Source of the DNA: an uncultured Acidobacteriaceae bacterium
Lineage (GTDB): Bacteria; Acidobacteriota; Terriglobia; Bryobacterales; Bryobacteraceae
Length of the DNA: 64,000 bases
Assembly: GCA_963762495.1 (NCBI GenBank)
Contig: CAVXKZ010000008.1
Location: forward strand, 121,204-185,203
Direction: 5' to 3'
Part shown: in pieces, positions 8,089 through 17,535 of the stretch
Layout of the letters: each line of letters begins with the position of its first letter
How positions within the stretch are numbered: position 1 is the stretch's first letter
Notes under the pieces: generated by a model
What the model saw: the letters and a program-made list of their open reading frames with translations, nothing else
What the model was told of the DNA's origin: nothing
Database searches by the model: none
Translations under genes and position numbers: made by a program

Positions 8089-8532
8089 ATGGCATCAGTT
8101 GGAAACGTATCTTCGAGCCTCTTTGACTCGACGCAGAATAACACTACCGGATCGGCTTCAGGCACAACAGGCTCGAGTTCGAGCACTACCGGTTCGAATT
8201 CGCAAGCGGGGGGCGCCTCGGACCCGCTTGCAAATCAATCCACGTTCCTGCAACTCCTAGTCGCCCAGCTTAAAAACCAGAATCCGATGAGCCCGATGGA
8301 CGGTACCACCTTCGTCACGCAGCTCGCTCAGTTCAGCGACTTGGAACAGAACCTCGCCATGCGCCAGGATCTGGACGGCATCGACAACAAGTACACCGGT
8401 ACATCCTCAACCCCGCCGGCTACCTCGGCCACCACTGGAGCGCAGCAAGGGACGCCGTCGAACCAAACAGACCAGCAAACGCCGCCGTCCTCAACGCCGG
8501 CCGTCGGCAACTCCAATCAAACAGGACTTTAG
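8089..8532 (+). CDS. flgD: Hook capping/scaffold protein FlgD (short form)
   Basis: 147 aa. STFLQLLVAQLKNQNPMSPMDGTTFVTQLAQFSDLEQ core motif. Lies between fliK and flgE. Confidence 0.85.
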   Translation: MASVGNVSSSLFDSTQNNTTGSASGTTGSSSSTTGSNSQAGGASDPLANQSTFLQLLVAQLKNQNPMSPMDGTTFVTQLAQFSDLEQNLAMRQDLDGIDNKYTGTSSTPPATSATTGAQQGTPSNQTDQQTPPSSTPAVGNSNQTGL

Positions 8533-8553
8533 GAACTAAGGAAAAGAACAGAT

Positions 8554-9807
8554 ATGGCAAGCACATTTTCAATCGCTCTTTCGTCCCTGAAAGCTCAATC
8601 GGAAGCGATTGATATCACGGGCAACAATCTCGCCAACATGAACACAGACGGCTTCAAGGGAAGCACGGTCGATTTTAAAGATCTTTTCAGTCAATACCTG
8701 GGCGACGACACGGGATTCCAGTTAGGGCTAGGTGTCGGAACACCGATCAGCAACCAGATATTTACCCAAGGGGGCATTCAAAACAGCGCGTCGCCCACAT
8801 CGGCGGCCATTCAAGGTAACGGTTTCTTCGTGGTCGCCTCGCCGTCCAATCAGCAGTTATACACGCGGGATGGCAACTTCACGGTCAGTCCCGGCGGCGT
8901 TCTGCAGACGCAGACGGGCGAAAATGTGCAAGGCTGGATGGCTGACTCGGCTGGCGTCATCAATAGCAATACCGCGGCCGCCGACATCGTTCTACCTACC
9001 GGCACCGTGCTGCCGCCCAAAATGACACAGAACATGTCCATGGACGTGAATCTCGATGCCACCGGCGTTGTCGGGTCCACTACGGGAACATTCTCACAAC
9101 CCATTCAGGTCGTCGATTCCCTCGGTGGAACGCACATGTTGACGGCCACCTTCACGAAAAGTGCAACCGCCAATAAATGGACGTATAGCGTGACTATACC
9201 CAATGGAGATCTGGCGGCCGGCGGCGCACTCACCGGCGGCGCGGGAACGCTCACGTTCAACACCGACGGTACGATGGACGCGGCCACCAAGGCTACCAGC
9301 CCCGTCGCGATCAACATTGCAGGATTGGCGGATGGCGCATCCACCATGAACGTCAACTGGAGTCTGCTCAACAAGGACGGGACTGGCGCCTTCACCCAAT
9401 ACGACGAAACTTCCAATCTTGCTTCCTCGAGCCAGGATGGAGAGCAACCGGCGCAGTTGACACAGGTGGGGCTCCAGAACGGTGGGCAAGTAGTCGCATC
9501 CTTCTCGAATGGTCTGTCACAAGTGGTGGCGCAAGTTGCCATAGCCGGCATCCAGAATCCCGATACCCTCCAGAACGTCGGCAACAACAACTTCGCAACA
9601 ACGACGAATACGGCCACTCCCGCCATCGGCGCACCCCAAACAGGCGGCCGCGGTCAGATCCTGGGCAACTCGATAGAAGGCTCTAACGTCGATATGGCGA
9701 CCGAATTCACGAATCTGATCGTTTACCAGAGCGCCTATCAGGCCAGCTCTCGCGTGATCACGACGGCCCAACAGATCAGTCAGGATTTGCTGAGCTTAAT
9801 TCATTAG
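8554..9807 (+). CDS. flgE: Flagellar hook protein FlgE
   Basis: 417 aa. N-terminal ...ITGNNLANMNTDGFKGS and C-terminal EGSNVDMATEFTNLIVYQSAYQASSRVITTAQQI. Confidence 0.95.
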   Translation: MASTFSIALSSLKAQSEAIDITGNNLANMNTDGFKGSTVDFKDLFSQYLGDDTGFQLGLGVGTPISNQIFTQGGIQNSASPTSAAIQGNGFFVVASPSNQQLYTRDGNFTVSPGGVLQTQTGENVQGWMADSAGVINSNTAAADIVLPTGTVLPPKMTQNMSMDVNLDATGVVGSTTGTFSQPIQVVDSLGGTHMLTATFTKSATANKWTYSVTIPNGDLAAGGALTGGAGTLTFNTDGTMDAATKATSPVAINIAGLADGASTMNVNWSLLNKDGTGAFTQYDETSNLASSSQDGEQPAQLTQVGLQNGGQVVASFSNGLSQVVAQVAIAGIQNPDTLQNVGNNNFATTTNTATPAIGAPQTGGRGQILGNSIEGSNVDMATEFTNLIVYQSAYQASSRVITTAQQISQDLLSLIH

Positions 9808-9877
9808 TTTCGCAACTACTCTTAACAAGAGCCGTAGCGCAAGCTGCGGCCCAAATCTGAATTATGGAAGCGAGCTG

Positions 9878-10189
9878 ATGCTGCAGCAACTGACGGCTGT
9901 CGCCACGGTCCTGATCGTTTTGGGCGCGACGTTGTGGCTGCTTCGGCGACGGGGTATAGCGAGCTGGAATGGACGGCTGCTGCGGCGAGCACCAGCGGCT
10001 AAAAACATGAATGTATTGGAGCGGATGGCGCTTACCCCACATCACTCGCTCCATCTCGTTCGCGTGCGGGATCGAACGATTCTGATCGGCCTTTCGCCTT
10101 CGAGCTGCATCCAGCTCGCGGACTTTCCTATCCAGGACTCGACGAAGCATTCACAAGAAATGTCGTGTTTACCGGGCGAATCATCGTGA
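9878..10189 (+). CDS. fliO: Flagellar export-gate assembly protein FliO
   Basis: 103 aa. Single N-terminal TM helix, then the LERMALTPHHSLHLVRVRDRTILIGLSPSSI pattern. Directly upstream of and overlapping fliP. Confidence 0.6.
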   Translation: MLQQLTAVATVLIVLGATLWLLRRRGIASWNGRLLRRAPAAKNMNVLERMALTPHHSLHLVRVRDRTILIGLSPSSCIQLADFPIQDSTKHSQEMSCLPGESS

Positions 10190-10917
10190 CCGGCCTTTTT
10201 GCTCCGCTGGTGATCGGGGCTGCCCCATCCGCTGCGGACGCCCTCTCTTCAATCGGCTTAACCACTTCAACAAGTGGTCACGGGCTGACGCTCAGCGTGC
10301 CCATGCAGATTGCGCTTGGGCTGACGCTGCTCACTTTGCTTCCCGCCGTGATCATGTGCATTACGCCGTTCTTGCGGATTGCGATCGTGCTGCACTTCCT
10401 GCGGCAGGCGCTCGGTACCCAAACCGCGCCTTCGAATCAAGTACTGATTGGGTTGTCTTTATTCCTGTCGCTGCTGATCGTACAGCCGATTTTCACCGAC
10501 ATATATAGCCATGCCTGGGAGCCTCTCGAAAAAGGTCAAATCACTGCCGAGCAGGCCCTGGAGCAGGGTTCCGTACCGCTGCGCAAGTTCCTTGTGCGCT
10601 TTGCTCGGGATAAAGACATACGGCTCTTCGTTGAAATTGCGCACGACGAGCCGCCCCATAACCCGTCCGACATCAGCTTGCGAGTCCTGATTCCGGCCTA
10701 TATCCTTTCCGAGCTCAAAGCCGGCTTTCAGATCGGCGCGGTTCTCTTTCTCCCATTCCTCGTCATCGATATGGCGGTAGCTTCGGTGACCCTGTCGATC
10801 GGCATGATGCAACTGCCGCCCGCCATGATTTCGGCTCCTTTCAAGATTTTGCTTTTCGTGTTGGTGGATGGCTGGAACCTTGTGATCGGATCGCTGATGA
10901 AGAGCTTTTTCCAGTAG
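10165..10917 (+). CDS. fliP: Flagellar export-gate protein FliP
   Basis: 250 aa. ...LTLLPAVIMCITPFLRIAIVLHFLRQALGTQTAPSNQVLIGLSLFLS... conserved FliP core. Confidence 0.95.
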   Translation: MFTGRIIVTGLFAPLVIGAAPSAADALSSIGLTTSTSGHGLTLSVPMQIALGLTLLTLLPAVIMCITPFLRIAIVLHFLRQALGTQTAPSNQVLIGLSLFLSLLIVQPIFTDIYSHAWEPLEKGQITAEQALEQGSVPLRKFLVRFARDKDIRLFVEIAHDEPPHNPSDISLRVLIPAYILSELKAGFQIGAVLFLPFLVIDMAVASVTLSIGMMQLPPAMISAPFKILLFVLVDGWNLVIGSLMKSFFQ

Positions 10918-10935
10918 ACGCGAGCTAAGAATCCG

Positions 10936-11205
10936 ATGACGCCTCAATTCGCCATTCACACTGTGAGTCAGGGCCTGATGGCCGCTTTTTGGATCTGCGG
11001 CCCGCTTCTTGTACTTTCCTTTGCATTGAGTATCGTGATCAATCTCATTCAGATCGCGACCTCCATGCAGGATCCCGTCTTCAGTACAGTTCCCCGTCTG
11101 TTGGCGTGTTTGGTCGGGATTCTGGTGTTGATGCCCTGGATGCTGAATCATGCGGCTGCCTACGCGATAGCTATCTTCGGCGATCTGTCGCGCTATGCAC
11201 ACTGA
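10936..11205 (+). CDS. fliQ: Flagellar export-gate protein FliQ
   Basis: 89 aa, two TM helices, between fliP and fliR. Confidence 0.9.
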   Translation: MTPQFAIHTVSQGLMAAFWICGPLLVLSFALSIVINLIQIATSMQDPVFSTVPRLLACLVGILVLMPWMLNHAAAYAIAIFGDLSRYAH

Positions 11206-11968
11206 TCTTCACCTTTCGTTCTCGACCGTTCTCGCTTTTCTCTTGGTTCTGGCGCGAGTTGGAGGCGCATTCGTATTCGTGCCGATACCGGGCAGGGAAG
11301 CCGGCCCTGGAATGGCTCGGATTATCCTGGCCCTATCCTGTGCGTTCGCACTTTTCCCGCGCTGGCCCGATCTCAGCGGCCGCGAAGCCACCCTTGGACT
11401 CGTCGCCGTATGGCTTATTTCGGAACTGGCCATCGGTGTCTCCATCGGACTTGTTGTCGCATTTCTTTCTGAAGCGTTGACGTTCGGCGCTCAGGTTATG
11501 GGTCTACAGGCCGGCTATGGCTACGCTTCCGTTGTCGACCCAACTACCCAGGCTGACTCCGATGTGCTCGCCGTTATGATGCAGTTGATCGGCGGACTTC
11601 TGTTCTTCACGGCGGGTCTCGATCGTTACGTGATTCGAGCCTTCGCCGACAGCTTGGACAGATATCCGCCAGGCACTTTCCTCATCACCAAGGATCTGGT
11701 CCAGTTAGTGATACGGCTCGGTTCTGGCATTTTCACGGTCGGCTTGCGTCTTGCTTTTCCAGTGCTCGCATTGCTTTTCATGACCGAGATGGTGTTGGCC
11801 CTGGTCGGCAGAGTGAACTCTCAACTGCACGTGGGCATGCACGCCTTTCCCGTGAAAATGCTGCTTACCTTGGCAATCCTATCTGGGGTGTTGGCGATCA
11901 CACCCCAGCTCTACGAGCGGTTTGCGACTGAAGCCTTCGAGTCTCTCAGACATACGCTGCTGCCGTGA
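11195..11968 (+). CDS. fliR: Flagellar export-gate protein FliR
   Basis: 257-aa polytopic membrane protein between fliQ and flhB. Confidence 0.9.
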   Translation: MHTDLHLSFSTVLAFLLVLARVGGAFVFVPIPGREAGPGMARIILALSCAFALFPRWPDLSGREATLGLVAVWLISELAIGVSIGLVVAFLSEALTFGAQVMGLQAGYGYASVVDPTTQADSDVLAVMMQLIGGLLFFTAGLDRYVIRAFADSLDRYPPGTFLITKDLVQLVIRLGSGIFTVGLRLAFPVLALLFMTEMVLALVGRVNSQLHVGMHAFPVKMLLTLAILSGVLAITPQLYERFATEAFESLRHTLLP

Positions 11969-11971
11969 TCT

Positions 11972-13039
11972 ATGCCCTCCAGTTCCGGTAGTAAGACTGA
12001 AAAAGCGACCCCCGAGCGCATTAAGAAGGCCCGAGAACAGGGCCAGTTCCTCACTTCAAAAGCGCTGATCGGAGGAGTTCAGTTCATCGCGTTTCTTCTC
12101 GTTATTGAACAACTCGTTGCGGGCTGGCGAGTCACTATCGCGCATCAGCTGAGTTCAATGCTCGACCGGGCGTTCAGCGGTCCCATTGGGCCTTCCGAGT
12201 GGACCACCCTGATCCGCGGCATTTTTATTCCGATGTTCTTGCCCGCCGCCAAAGCCGGCGCGATTCTCCTTGTACTCGGCATTGGGATTCATTTCCTACT
12301 GACTAAAGGCGGATTCAGTTTTCAGTTGCTAACTCCCAGCATTGAGCGATTCAACTTCGCTTCGAAAATGCGAGAGATGCCCCATCAGAACATGAAATCG
12401 GTCGTTCAGGCCACAGTGCTGATCGTGGTGCTCTCCTACGTGCTGTATTCCTTCGTACGGCAGAACGCGACCTTGTTGCTCCGGCTGCCTTTGGAGTCCG
12501 TGCAGGCAGGCGCGGCGGAACTAGCTGCCTCAGTGACCGGTCTCCTCTGGAAATCGGCGTTTCTCTTCCTGGCTTTTGGAGCCATTGACGTGATGCAGCA
12601 GTACCACCGACATACTTCCCGGCTGCGCATGAGCAAAGAGGAAGTCAAAGAGGAGAACAAGAGAAGCCAGGGCGATCCGCAGCTCAGAGCCCGCATTCGC
12701 CGCCTTCGCCGCGAACTGCTCAGACGGCAGATGATGCGCGAAGTACCGAAAGCGACTGCGGTAATCGTGAATCCCACCCACTTCGCCGTTGCCATTCGCT
12801 ACGACATGGAAACGATGCCTTGCCCGGTAGTAACGGCTAAGGGCAGAAACTGGCTCGCGCTTCGGATCCGCCAGGTCGCGATCGAAAATGGTGTTCCGAT
12901 CATCGAGAACCCGCCGCTCGCTCGCGCGCTATACGAGGCCATCGATGTAGGCCGCACCATTTCACCCGAGTTCTATAAAGCTATCGCTGAGGTCCTTGCT
13001 TACGTGTACAAGTTGATGGGCCGTAAATTGCCTACCTAA
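11972..13039 (+). CDS. flhB: Flagellar export switch protein FlhB
   Basis: 355 aa. Contains the NPTH autocleavage site (VIVNPTHFAVAIRY). Confidence 0.95.
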   Translation: MPSSSGSKTEKATPERIKKAREQGQFLTSKALIGGVQFIAFLLVIEQLVAGWRVTIAHQLSSMLDRAFSGPIGPSEWTTLIRGIFIPMFLPAAKAGAILLVLGIGIHFLLTKGGFSFQLLTPSIERFNFASKMREMPHQNMKSVVQATVLIVVLSYVLYSFVRQNATLLLRLPLESVQAGAAELAASVTGLLWKSAFLFLAFGAIDVMQQYHRHTSRLRMSKEEVKEENKRSQGDPQLRARIRRLRRELLRRQMMREVPKATAVIVNPTHFAVAIRYDMETMPCPVVTAKGRNWLALRIRQVAIENGVPIIENPPLARALYEAIDVGRTISPEFYKAIAEVLAYVYKLMGRKLPT

Positions 13040-13058
13040 ACATCTCGACGATTCTTAC

Positions 13059-15140
13059 ATGGCATCGCACTCACAGGCAATTCCTAGGTCTAATGCGGCC
13101 AAGGGTATCGGCAGGCTTTCGCTTCCGAGTATCGGCGAAGTCGCGGTTCCTATCGCCGTCCTGGCGATTGTCGTGGCGCTCATCTCGCCCATGCCGCCGT
13201 TCTTACTGGACATTCTTATCGTCGTAGATATCGGCACCTCCGTGATCGTGATGATGGTCACGATGTACATTCTCAAGCCCGTCGAATTCAGCGTCTTTCC
13301 GACAGCCTTGCTGTTACTAACTCTCTTTCGGCTGGCGCTGAACGTGAGTTCGGCTCGGCTGATCCTTTTGAACGGCAACAGCGGAACGGCCGCAGCCGGA
13401 AGTGTAATTGAAGCGTTCGGCAATTTTGTCGTTGGCGGGAACTACGTCATCGGCGCAGTGATTTTCCTGATTCTGATCGCCATTCAATATGTCGTAATCA
13501 ACCACGGTGCAGTGCGTATCTCGGAAGTGGCTGCGCGTTTTACCTTGGATGCGCTTCCCGGAAAGCAGATGTCGATTGACGCGGAGATGAACGCCGGTCT
13601 GATCGATGAAGGGGAAGCGCGTAAGCGGCGCAAACAGCTATCGGCGGAAGCCGAGTTTTACGGCGCTATGGACGGGGCCTCGCGCTTCACGCAGCGGGAC
13701 GCGGTTGCCAGCATCCTGATCACCAGCATCAACATTGTGGCAGGGTTCCTCATTGGCGTTTTGCAGCACGGGATGGAGTTGAAGCGGGCCCTTCAGACCT
13801 ATACCGTTTTGACGATCGGAGACGGTCTGGTCACAGTCATCCCCGCGCTCATGATTTCCGTCTCGGGCGGCCTGATTGTGACACGGGCCACCTCCGACGA
13901 TCGAGTTGGCCGGGAGTTTCAAAAACAACTATTTGGGAGATCGGAACCGCTATTTCTTTCCAGCGGCGTACTGCTTGTTCTGGCGGCCTTTCCCGGGCTG
14001 CCTACAATTCCTTTCCTCCTGTTGGGCGGCGGCCTGGGCACCGCCGCATGGATGAGGCGTAAAAAAATTGACACCGCCGTCAAGAATGACGCCATTACCA
14101 CGACGGCTCCGCCCAAGGAAGATCTCGAATCGCTTCTCAGAGTTGAGCCGGTGTCAATTGAAGTCGGCCTAGGCCTGGCTCCGTTGGTGGCGGGTGGTAA
14201 AGCCTCTCCTTTGCTAAAAAGAATCGCCGGAATCCGCCGCCAGTTTGTTACCAATCAAGGATTTCTGCTTCCTCCCGTGCGCGTGAGCGACAATATGTCG
14301 CTCCGCTCGAGGGAATACACCGTCCTGCTGAAAGGCAGTGAAATCGGCCGCTATGAAGTTCGTTCCGGAAGCGAGCTGGCCATTCCTACACCAAAGGCTG
14401 ACAAGAGTTTTCCTGGACAGCAGACTCGCGAACCGGCATTTGGTCTGCCCGCGCTTTGGATTCCGTCCGACAGAGTCGATGCGGCCCGCGCCGCCGGTTA
14501 TACCGTGGTGGATCCCGTCAACGTCATCGGTACCCATCTGTCTGAACTGGTGCGGCAGTATTCCTGCGAGATGTTCTCACGGCAAGACACAAAGCTGTTT
14601 TGTGACCGTGTGGCTAAGGAAAATCCCAAACTGATCGAAGATTTGGTTCCGAAAGTGCTTTCGCTCTCTGTGATTCAAAAAGTGCTACAGAATCTCCTGC
14701 GAGAGCGAGTGTCCGTCCGCGATGGAGTTTCCATTCTGGAGGCGCTGAGCGAGGCGGGTGGCACTACCAAAAATCCGGTCCTGCTGACCGAGTTTACTCG
14801 GCAGTGCATAAGAAGAGCTGTCGTTAAACCTTACTTAAACCAAAAGGGAGAACTGCCGGCCTATTTCCTCGAAACCGGATCGGAGCAGATGGTCGAATCC
14901 GCCGTTCAGCACTCTGAACACAATAGCGTCCTGGTGCTGTCGCCTCAAGCCGTGCGCGACCTTGCCACGCGCGTAGAACGGAAAATTGACAATCGCGACA
15001 TTCCGGTCGTGCTGCTCACCGGCTCCGGCACGCGATATTTCATGCGTCAGATGCTGGAGTCGTCCTTACCAAACGTGTTTCCGTTATCGCACAGCGAAGT
15101 GCCATCCGGTGTCAAGATCCTGTCGTTGGGAGTGATTTAA
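13059..15140 (+). CDS. flhA: Flagellar export-gate protein FlhA
   Basis: 693 aa. N-terminal TM domain with the FHIPEP-type motif (...RFTLDALPGKQMSIDAEMNAGLIDEGEARKRR...) and a large cytoplasmic domain. Confidence 0.95.
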   Translation: MASHSQAIPRSNAAKGIGRLSLPSIGEVAVPIAVLAIVVALISPMPPFLLDILIVVDIGTSVIVMMVTMYILKPVEFSVFPTALLLLTLFRLALNVSSARLILLNGNSGTAAAGSVIEAFGNFVVGGNYVIGAVIFLILIAIQYVVINHGAVRISEVAARFTLDALPGKQMSIDAEMNAGLIDEGEARKRRKQLSAEAEFYGAMDGASRFTQRDAVASILITSINIVAGFLIGVLQHGMELKRALQTYTVLTIGDGLVTVIPALMISVSGGLIVTRATSDDRVGREFQKQLFGRSEPLFLSSGVLLVLAAFPGLPTIPFLLLGGGLGTAAWMRRKKIDTAVKNDAITTTAPPKEDLESLLRVEPVSIEVGLGLAPLVAGGKASPLLKRIAGIRRQFVTNQGFLLPPVRVSDNMSLRSREYTVLLKGSEIGRYEVRSGSELAIPTPKADKSFPGQQTREPAFGLPALWIPSDRVDAARAAGYTVVDPVNVIGTHLSELVRQYSCEMFSRQDTKLFCDRVAKENPKLIEDLVPKVLSLSVIQKVLQNLLRERVSVRDGVSILEALSEAGGTTKNPVLLTEFTRQCIRRAVVKPYLNQKGELPAYFLETGSEQMVESAVQHSEHNSVLVLSPQAVRDLATRVERKIDNRDIPVVLLTGSGTRYFMRQMLESSLPNVFPLSHSEVPSGVKILSLGVI

Positions 15141-15144
15141 GTAC

Positions 15145-16314
15145 ATGAGAATCAAATCTTATTTCGCAGAGTCCGTTCAGCTTGCGATAGAAAGAGCGCG
15201 TGTCGAGCTGGGGCCCGAGGCGATGCTGGTGAACTCGAAGAGAACGGAAAGCGACCTGAAGCATCTGGGTCAATTCGAGGTTGTGTTTGGCGTTCCCCGC
15301 GGCGCGGCGCCGAGCCTGAGCCGTAACTCCGAGCCCTCCCAACGTCCTCCTGCATTGCCCGAGCCGCCGGACTCTCTCGCGCAGGAACTAGCGGATTTGC
15401 GCAAGGAGATTGAGACCATGCGGGATTCTGTAGTGTCCCGAGGCAAACCAAACGCCCGGATTATGCGCCGCCTTATTCCCTTGATCGAGGATGCCTATTC
15501 AGAATTGACGTCTAAGGAAATGTCTGATGGTCTGGCGGGCGAAGTTCTCGAGGCGGTCGAACAGAGGGTGTCATCCGGCGATAAATCTTCTTCGCAAGAT
15601 GTTCAGTCAACCAGCCATCTAATCTCGGCACAAATAATCGAGGAGGCTTTAGTCGAGGAGTTTAGAGGCCGCTTTTCGGTCGCCCCCGAGCCCGACGCCT
15701 TAAAAGAACGCGCCATCATGCTAATCGGCCCCGCCGGCGCGGGGAAAACGACGACTTTAGCAAAGCTCGCCCTTCGATACGGCATACAAGCGCGTACGCC
15801 TGTCCAGGTGCTGTCGGCCGACACTCTGCGTGTCGGTGGCTGGGAGCCGTTGGCCACTTATGCGAGGATCGCCGGCCTGCCGTTTCAGACTGTCGAAAGC
15901 ATCGCCGCGCTCGATTCCGCACTCGATGAGCACAGCGGGAAACGCCTGTTGCTGATCGATACGCCTGGCTTTTCCGGAGCAGATATGTCGGATGCCGAAG
16001 ATCTCGTGGCCTTCGCCTCCCGGGATTCGCGCATCGACGTTCATCTTGTGCTCCCGGCCAACATTGGCTATCGGGCCGCCCTCCGTGTTCGGGACAGATT
16101 TGCCGGCTTTAAACCCGCTAAGCTCGTGCTCACTCACCTTGATGATGGCTGCAAGGGCGGCGCTGTCCTGGAACTGGCGATCCGATCCGGCTTGCCGCTC
16201 TCGTACTTATGTTCCGGCCAGCAGATACCGGATGATCTGGCGGTGGCATCCCAAGCGGCCATGCTGGATGTTTTTGGCCAGCCTGAGAAGGCCATCGCTC
16301 GCTCAGCCGCCTAG
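15145..16314 (+). CDS. flhF: SRP-type GTPase FlhF
   Basis: 389 aa. MRIKSYFA... N-terminus and G-domain motifs (LIGPAGAGKTTTLAKLA, DTPG). Follows flhA. Confidence 0.85.
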   Translation: MRIKSYFAESVQLAIERARVELGPEAMLVNSKRTESDLKHLGQFEVVFGVPRGAAPSLSRNSEPSQRPPALPEPPDSLAQELADLRKEIETMRDSVVSRGKPNARIMRRLIPLIEDAYSELTSKEMSDGLAGEVLEAVEQRVSSGDKSSSQDVQSTSHLISAQIIEEALVEEFRGRFSVAPEPDALKERAIMLIGPAGAGKTTTLAKLALRYGIQARTPVQVLSADTLRVGGWEPLATYARIAGLPFQTVESIAALDSALDEHSGKRLLLIDTPGFSGADMSDAEDLVAFASRDSRIDVHLVLPANIGYRAALRVRDRFAGFKPAKLVLTHLDDGCKGGAVLELAIRSGLPLSYLCSGQQIPDDLAVASQAAMLDVFGQPEKAIARSAA

Positions 16315-16324
16315 GCCCCTTCCG

Positions 16325-17071
16325 ATGTATTCTTGCGCCTCGGCTGAAAAGGCTTCCGAAGAACGCGAAGAGCTAATCCTGCAACACTTGCCGCAAGTGA
16401 ACTGGATCGCCGCCCGCATACACGAGAAACTACCGCCGGCCGTGGAGCTCGATGACTTGATCTCGGCGGGTATTATCGGCCTGCTTGCCGCGATCGACAA
16501 CTTCGATCCCAGCCGGAACGCTACCTTGCGAACCTATGCCGAGCACAGAATTCGCGGGGCCATTCTCGATAGTATTCGCGGTTTGGATGGCATTCCTTCG
16601 CACAAACGGAAAAGGCTGAAAGAGATGCAGGGAGCCATTGCCGCTGCGGAGCAGAAACTGCAGCGTGCTCCTTCTGAAGAAGAGATCGCTCAGCAACTGG
16701 GGATCACTTCCTCCGAGTACCAACAATGGACAGTCGATCTGCAAGGCGTATCGCTCGGCAGCCTGGAGGTTATCGAGGAAGGCGAAGAAGTGAGCCTGCT
16801 TAAGTTCATCAGCGATGACTCGGCCGATTCGCCGGCGCGCCTATTTGAGCGGGCCGAACTCGAACGCGTGATCTTTGAAGGGATCCAAAAGATGCCCGAC
16901 AATGAGCGTACGGTTCTCAGCCTCTATTACAGGGAGGAGCTAAACCTCCGTGAGATTGCCAGCATCATGAGTCTTCACATCACGCGGATTTCTCAGCTCC
17001 GCGCACAGGGTATCTTGCGCTTACGCGCTTACATGGAAAGGAAATGGCCTGCCGGAAGGAGTGCGGCTTAA
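16325..17071 (+). CDS. fliA: Flagellar sigma factor FliA (sigma-28)
   Basis: ATG at 16325 inside the longer 15992..17071 ORF. Sigma-70 regions 2-4 are present (DDLISAGIIGLLAAIDNFD, TYAEHRIRGAILD, ...LNLREIASIMSLHITRISQLRAQ). Confidence 0.9.
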   Translation: MYSCASAEKASEEREELILQHLPQVNWIAARIHEKLPPAVELDDLISAGIIGLLAAIDNFDPSRNATLRTYAEHRIRGAILDSIRGLDGIPSHKRKRLKEMQGAIAAAEQKLQRAPSEEEIAQQLGITSSEYQQWTVDLQGVSLGSLEVIEEGEEVSLLKFISDDSADSPARLFERAELERVIFEGIQKMPDNERTVLSLYYREELNLREIASIMSLHITRISQLRAQGILRLRAYMERKWPAGRSAA

Positions 17072-17086
17072 CCGGAAGCAAACAAC

Positions 17087-17512
17087 ATGATGGAAAGACT
17101 TTTCTCAATCCCCGCGCTACTTTGTGGCGTGCTCGGGATCGCCTCGCCGATCTGCTTTTATCTATTCTTTTCAGCCAAAGCCGAAATTCGCCGCATTGCT
17201 CTTCGCACCATGGATAAGACTGATGCGTCCGACAGGTTCGGGCAGTTAACGGCTGAAATCGCTCAGCTCCGGTCCGAGTTGAAAGAGCGCGTGGAAGTTG
17301 TAGAGCGCTCCAAAAGCCCAGAATATTCGCTGCCAAGTTATCCGATAAACCTGAACAAGCGCGGTCAAATTCTTCAGTTGCACCGAAAAGGCAATCCAGT
17401 CTCCTCTATCGCCAGCGTTCTTCATGTCGCGCAAGCCGAAGTAAGGCTCGTGATTAAAGTGCACCAGATGTCGAAGTCCCGAGATGCGCAGGGCGAAGGA
17501 TTTTCTATATAG
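17087..17512 (+). CDS. Membrane-anchored DUF2802/FipA-like protein (N-terminal TM helix, coiled coil, C-terminal helix-turn-helix-like module)
   Basis: 141 aa. TM helix LLCGVLGIASPICFYLFF, coiled segment LTAEIAQLRSELKERVEVVE, and C-terminal RGQILQLHRKGNPVSSIASVLHVAQAEVRLVIKVH. That C-terminus resembles the DUF2802 pattern (...RQGxSxEEIAxxCGLSRGEAELIxxLH), recalled from memory. Confidence 0.6.
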   Translation: MMERLFSIPALLCGVLGIASPICFYLFFSAKAEIRRIALRTMDKTDASDRFGQLTAEIAQLRSELKERVEVVERSKSPEYSLPSYPINLNKRGQILQLHRKGNPVSSIASVLHVAQAEVRLVIKVHQMSKSRDAQGEGFSI

Positions 17513-17535
17513 TTCTTCCCAAGTTCGGTCGATAA
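17508..17535 (+). promoter_or_regulatory. Candidate sigma-28 (FliA) promoter for flgM
   Basis: TATAG-N15-GTCGATAA (7/8 to GCCGATAA). T-to-CGATAA spacing is 22 nt, identical to the fliS and EBP candidates. Confidence 0.35.

Noticed and set aside
8089-8532. Short FlgD (147 aa) lacking the C-terminal beta-domain, considered as an anomaly.
   Set aside because: Short FlgD forms exist in other phyla (Bacillus has one, from memory). The conserved core motif is intact, so this is not clearly unusual.
9831-9850. GCCGTAGC-GCAA-GCTGCGGC hairpin after flgE, considered as a terminator.
   Set aside because: The stem is only 8 bp with a G-U pair and there is no U-tract. fliO follows within 28 nt, so I cannot tell it from chance structure.
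10459-11202. 247-aa minus-strand ORF.
   Set aside because: It is antisense to fliP/fliQ, which have unambiguous conserved sequences. It is a shadow ORF.
15992-16324. N-terminal 111 codons of the 359-aa ORF containing fliA.
   Set aside because: It is an out-of-frame overlap with the flhF 3' half. The sigma-factor homology starts at the ATG at 16325, 10 nt after the flhF stop.
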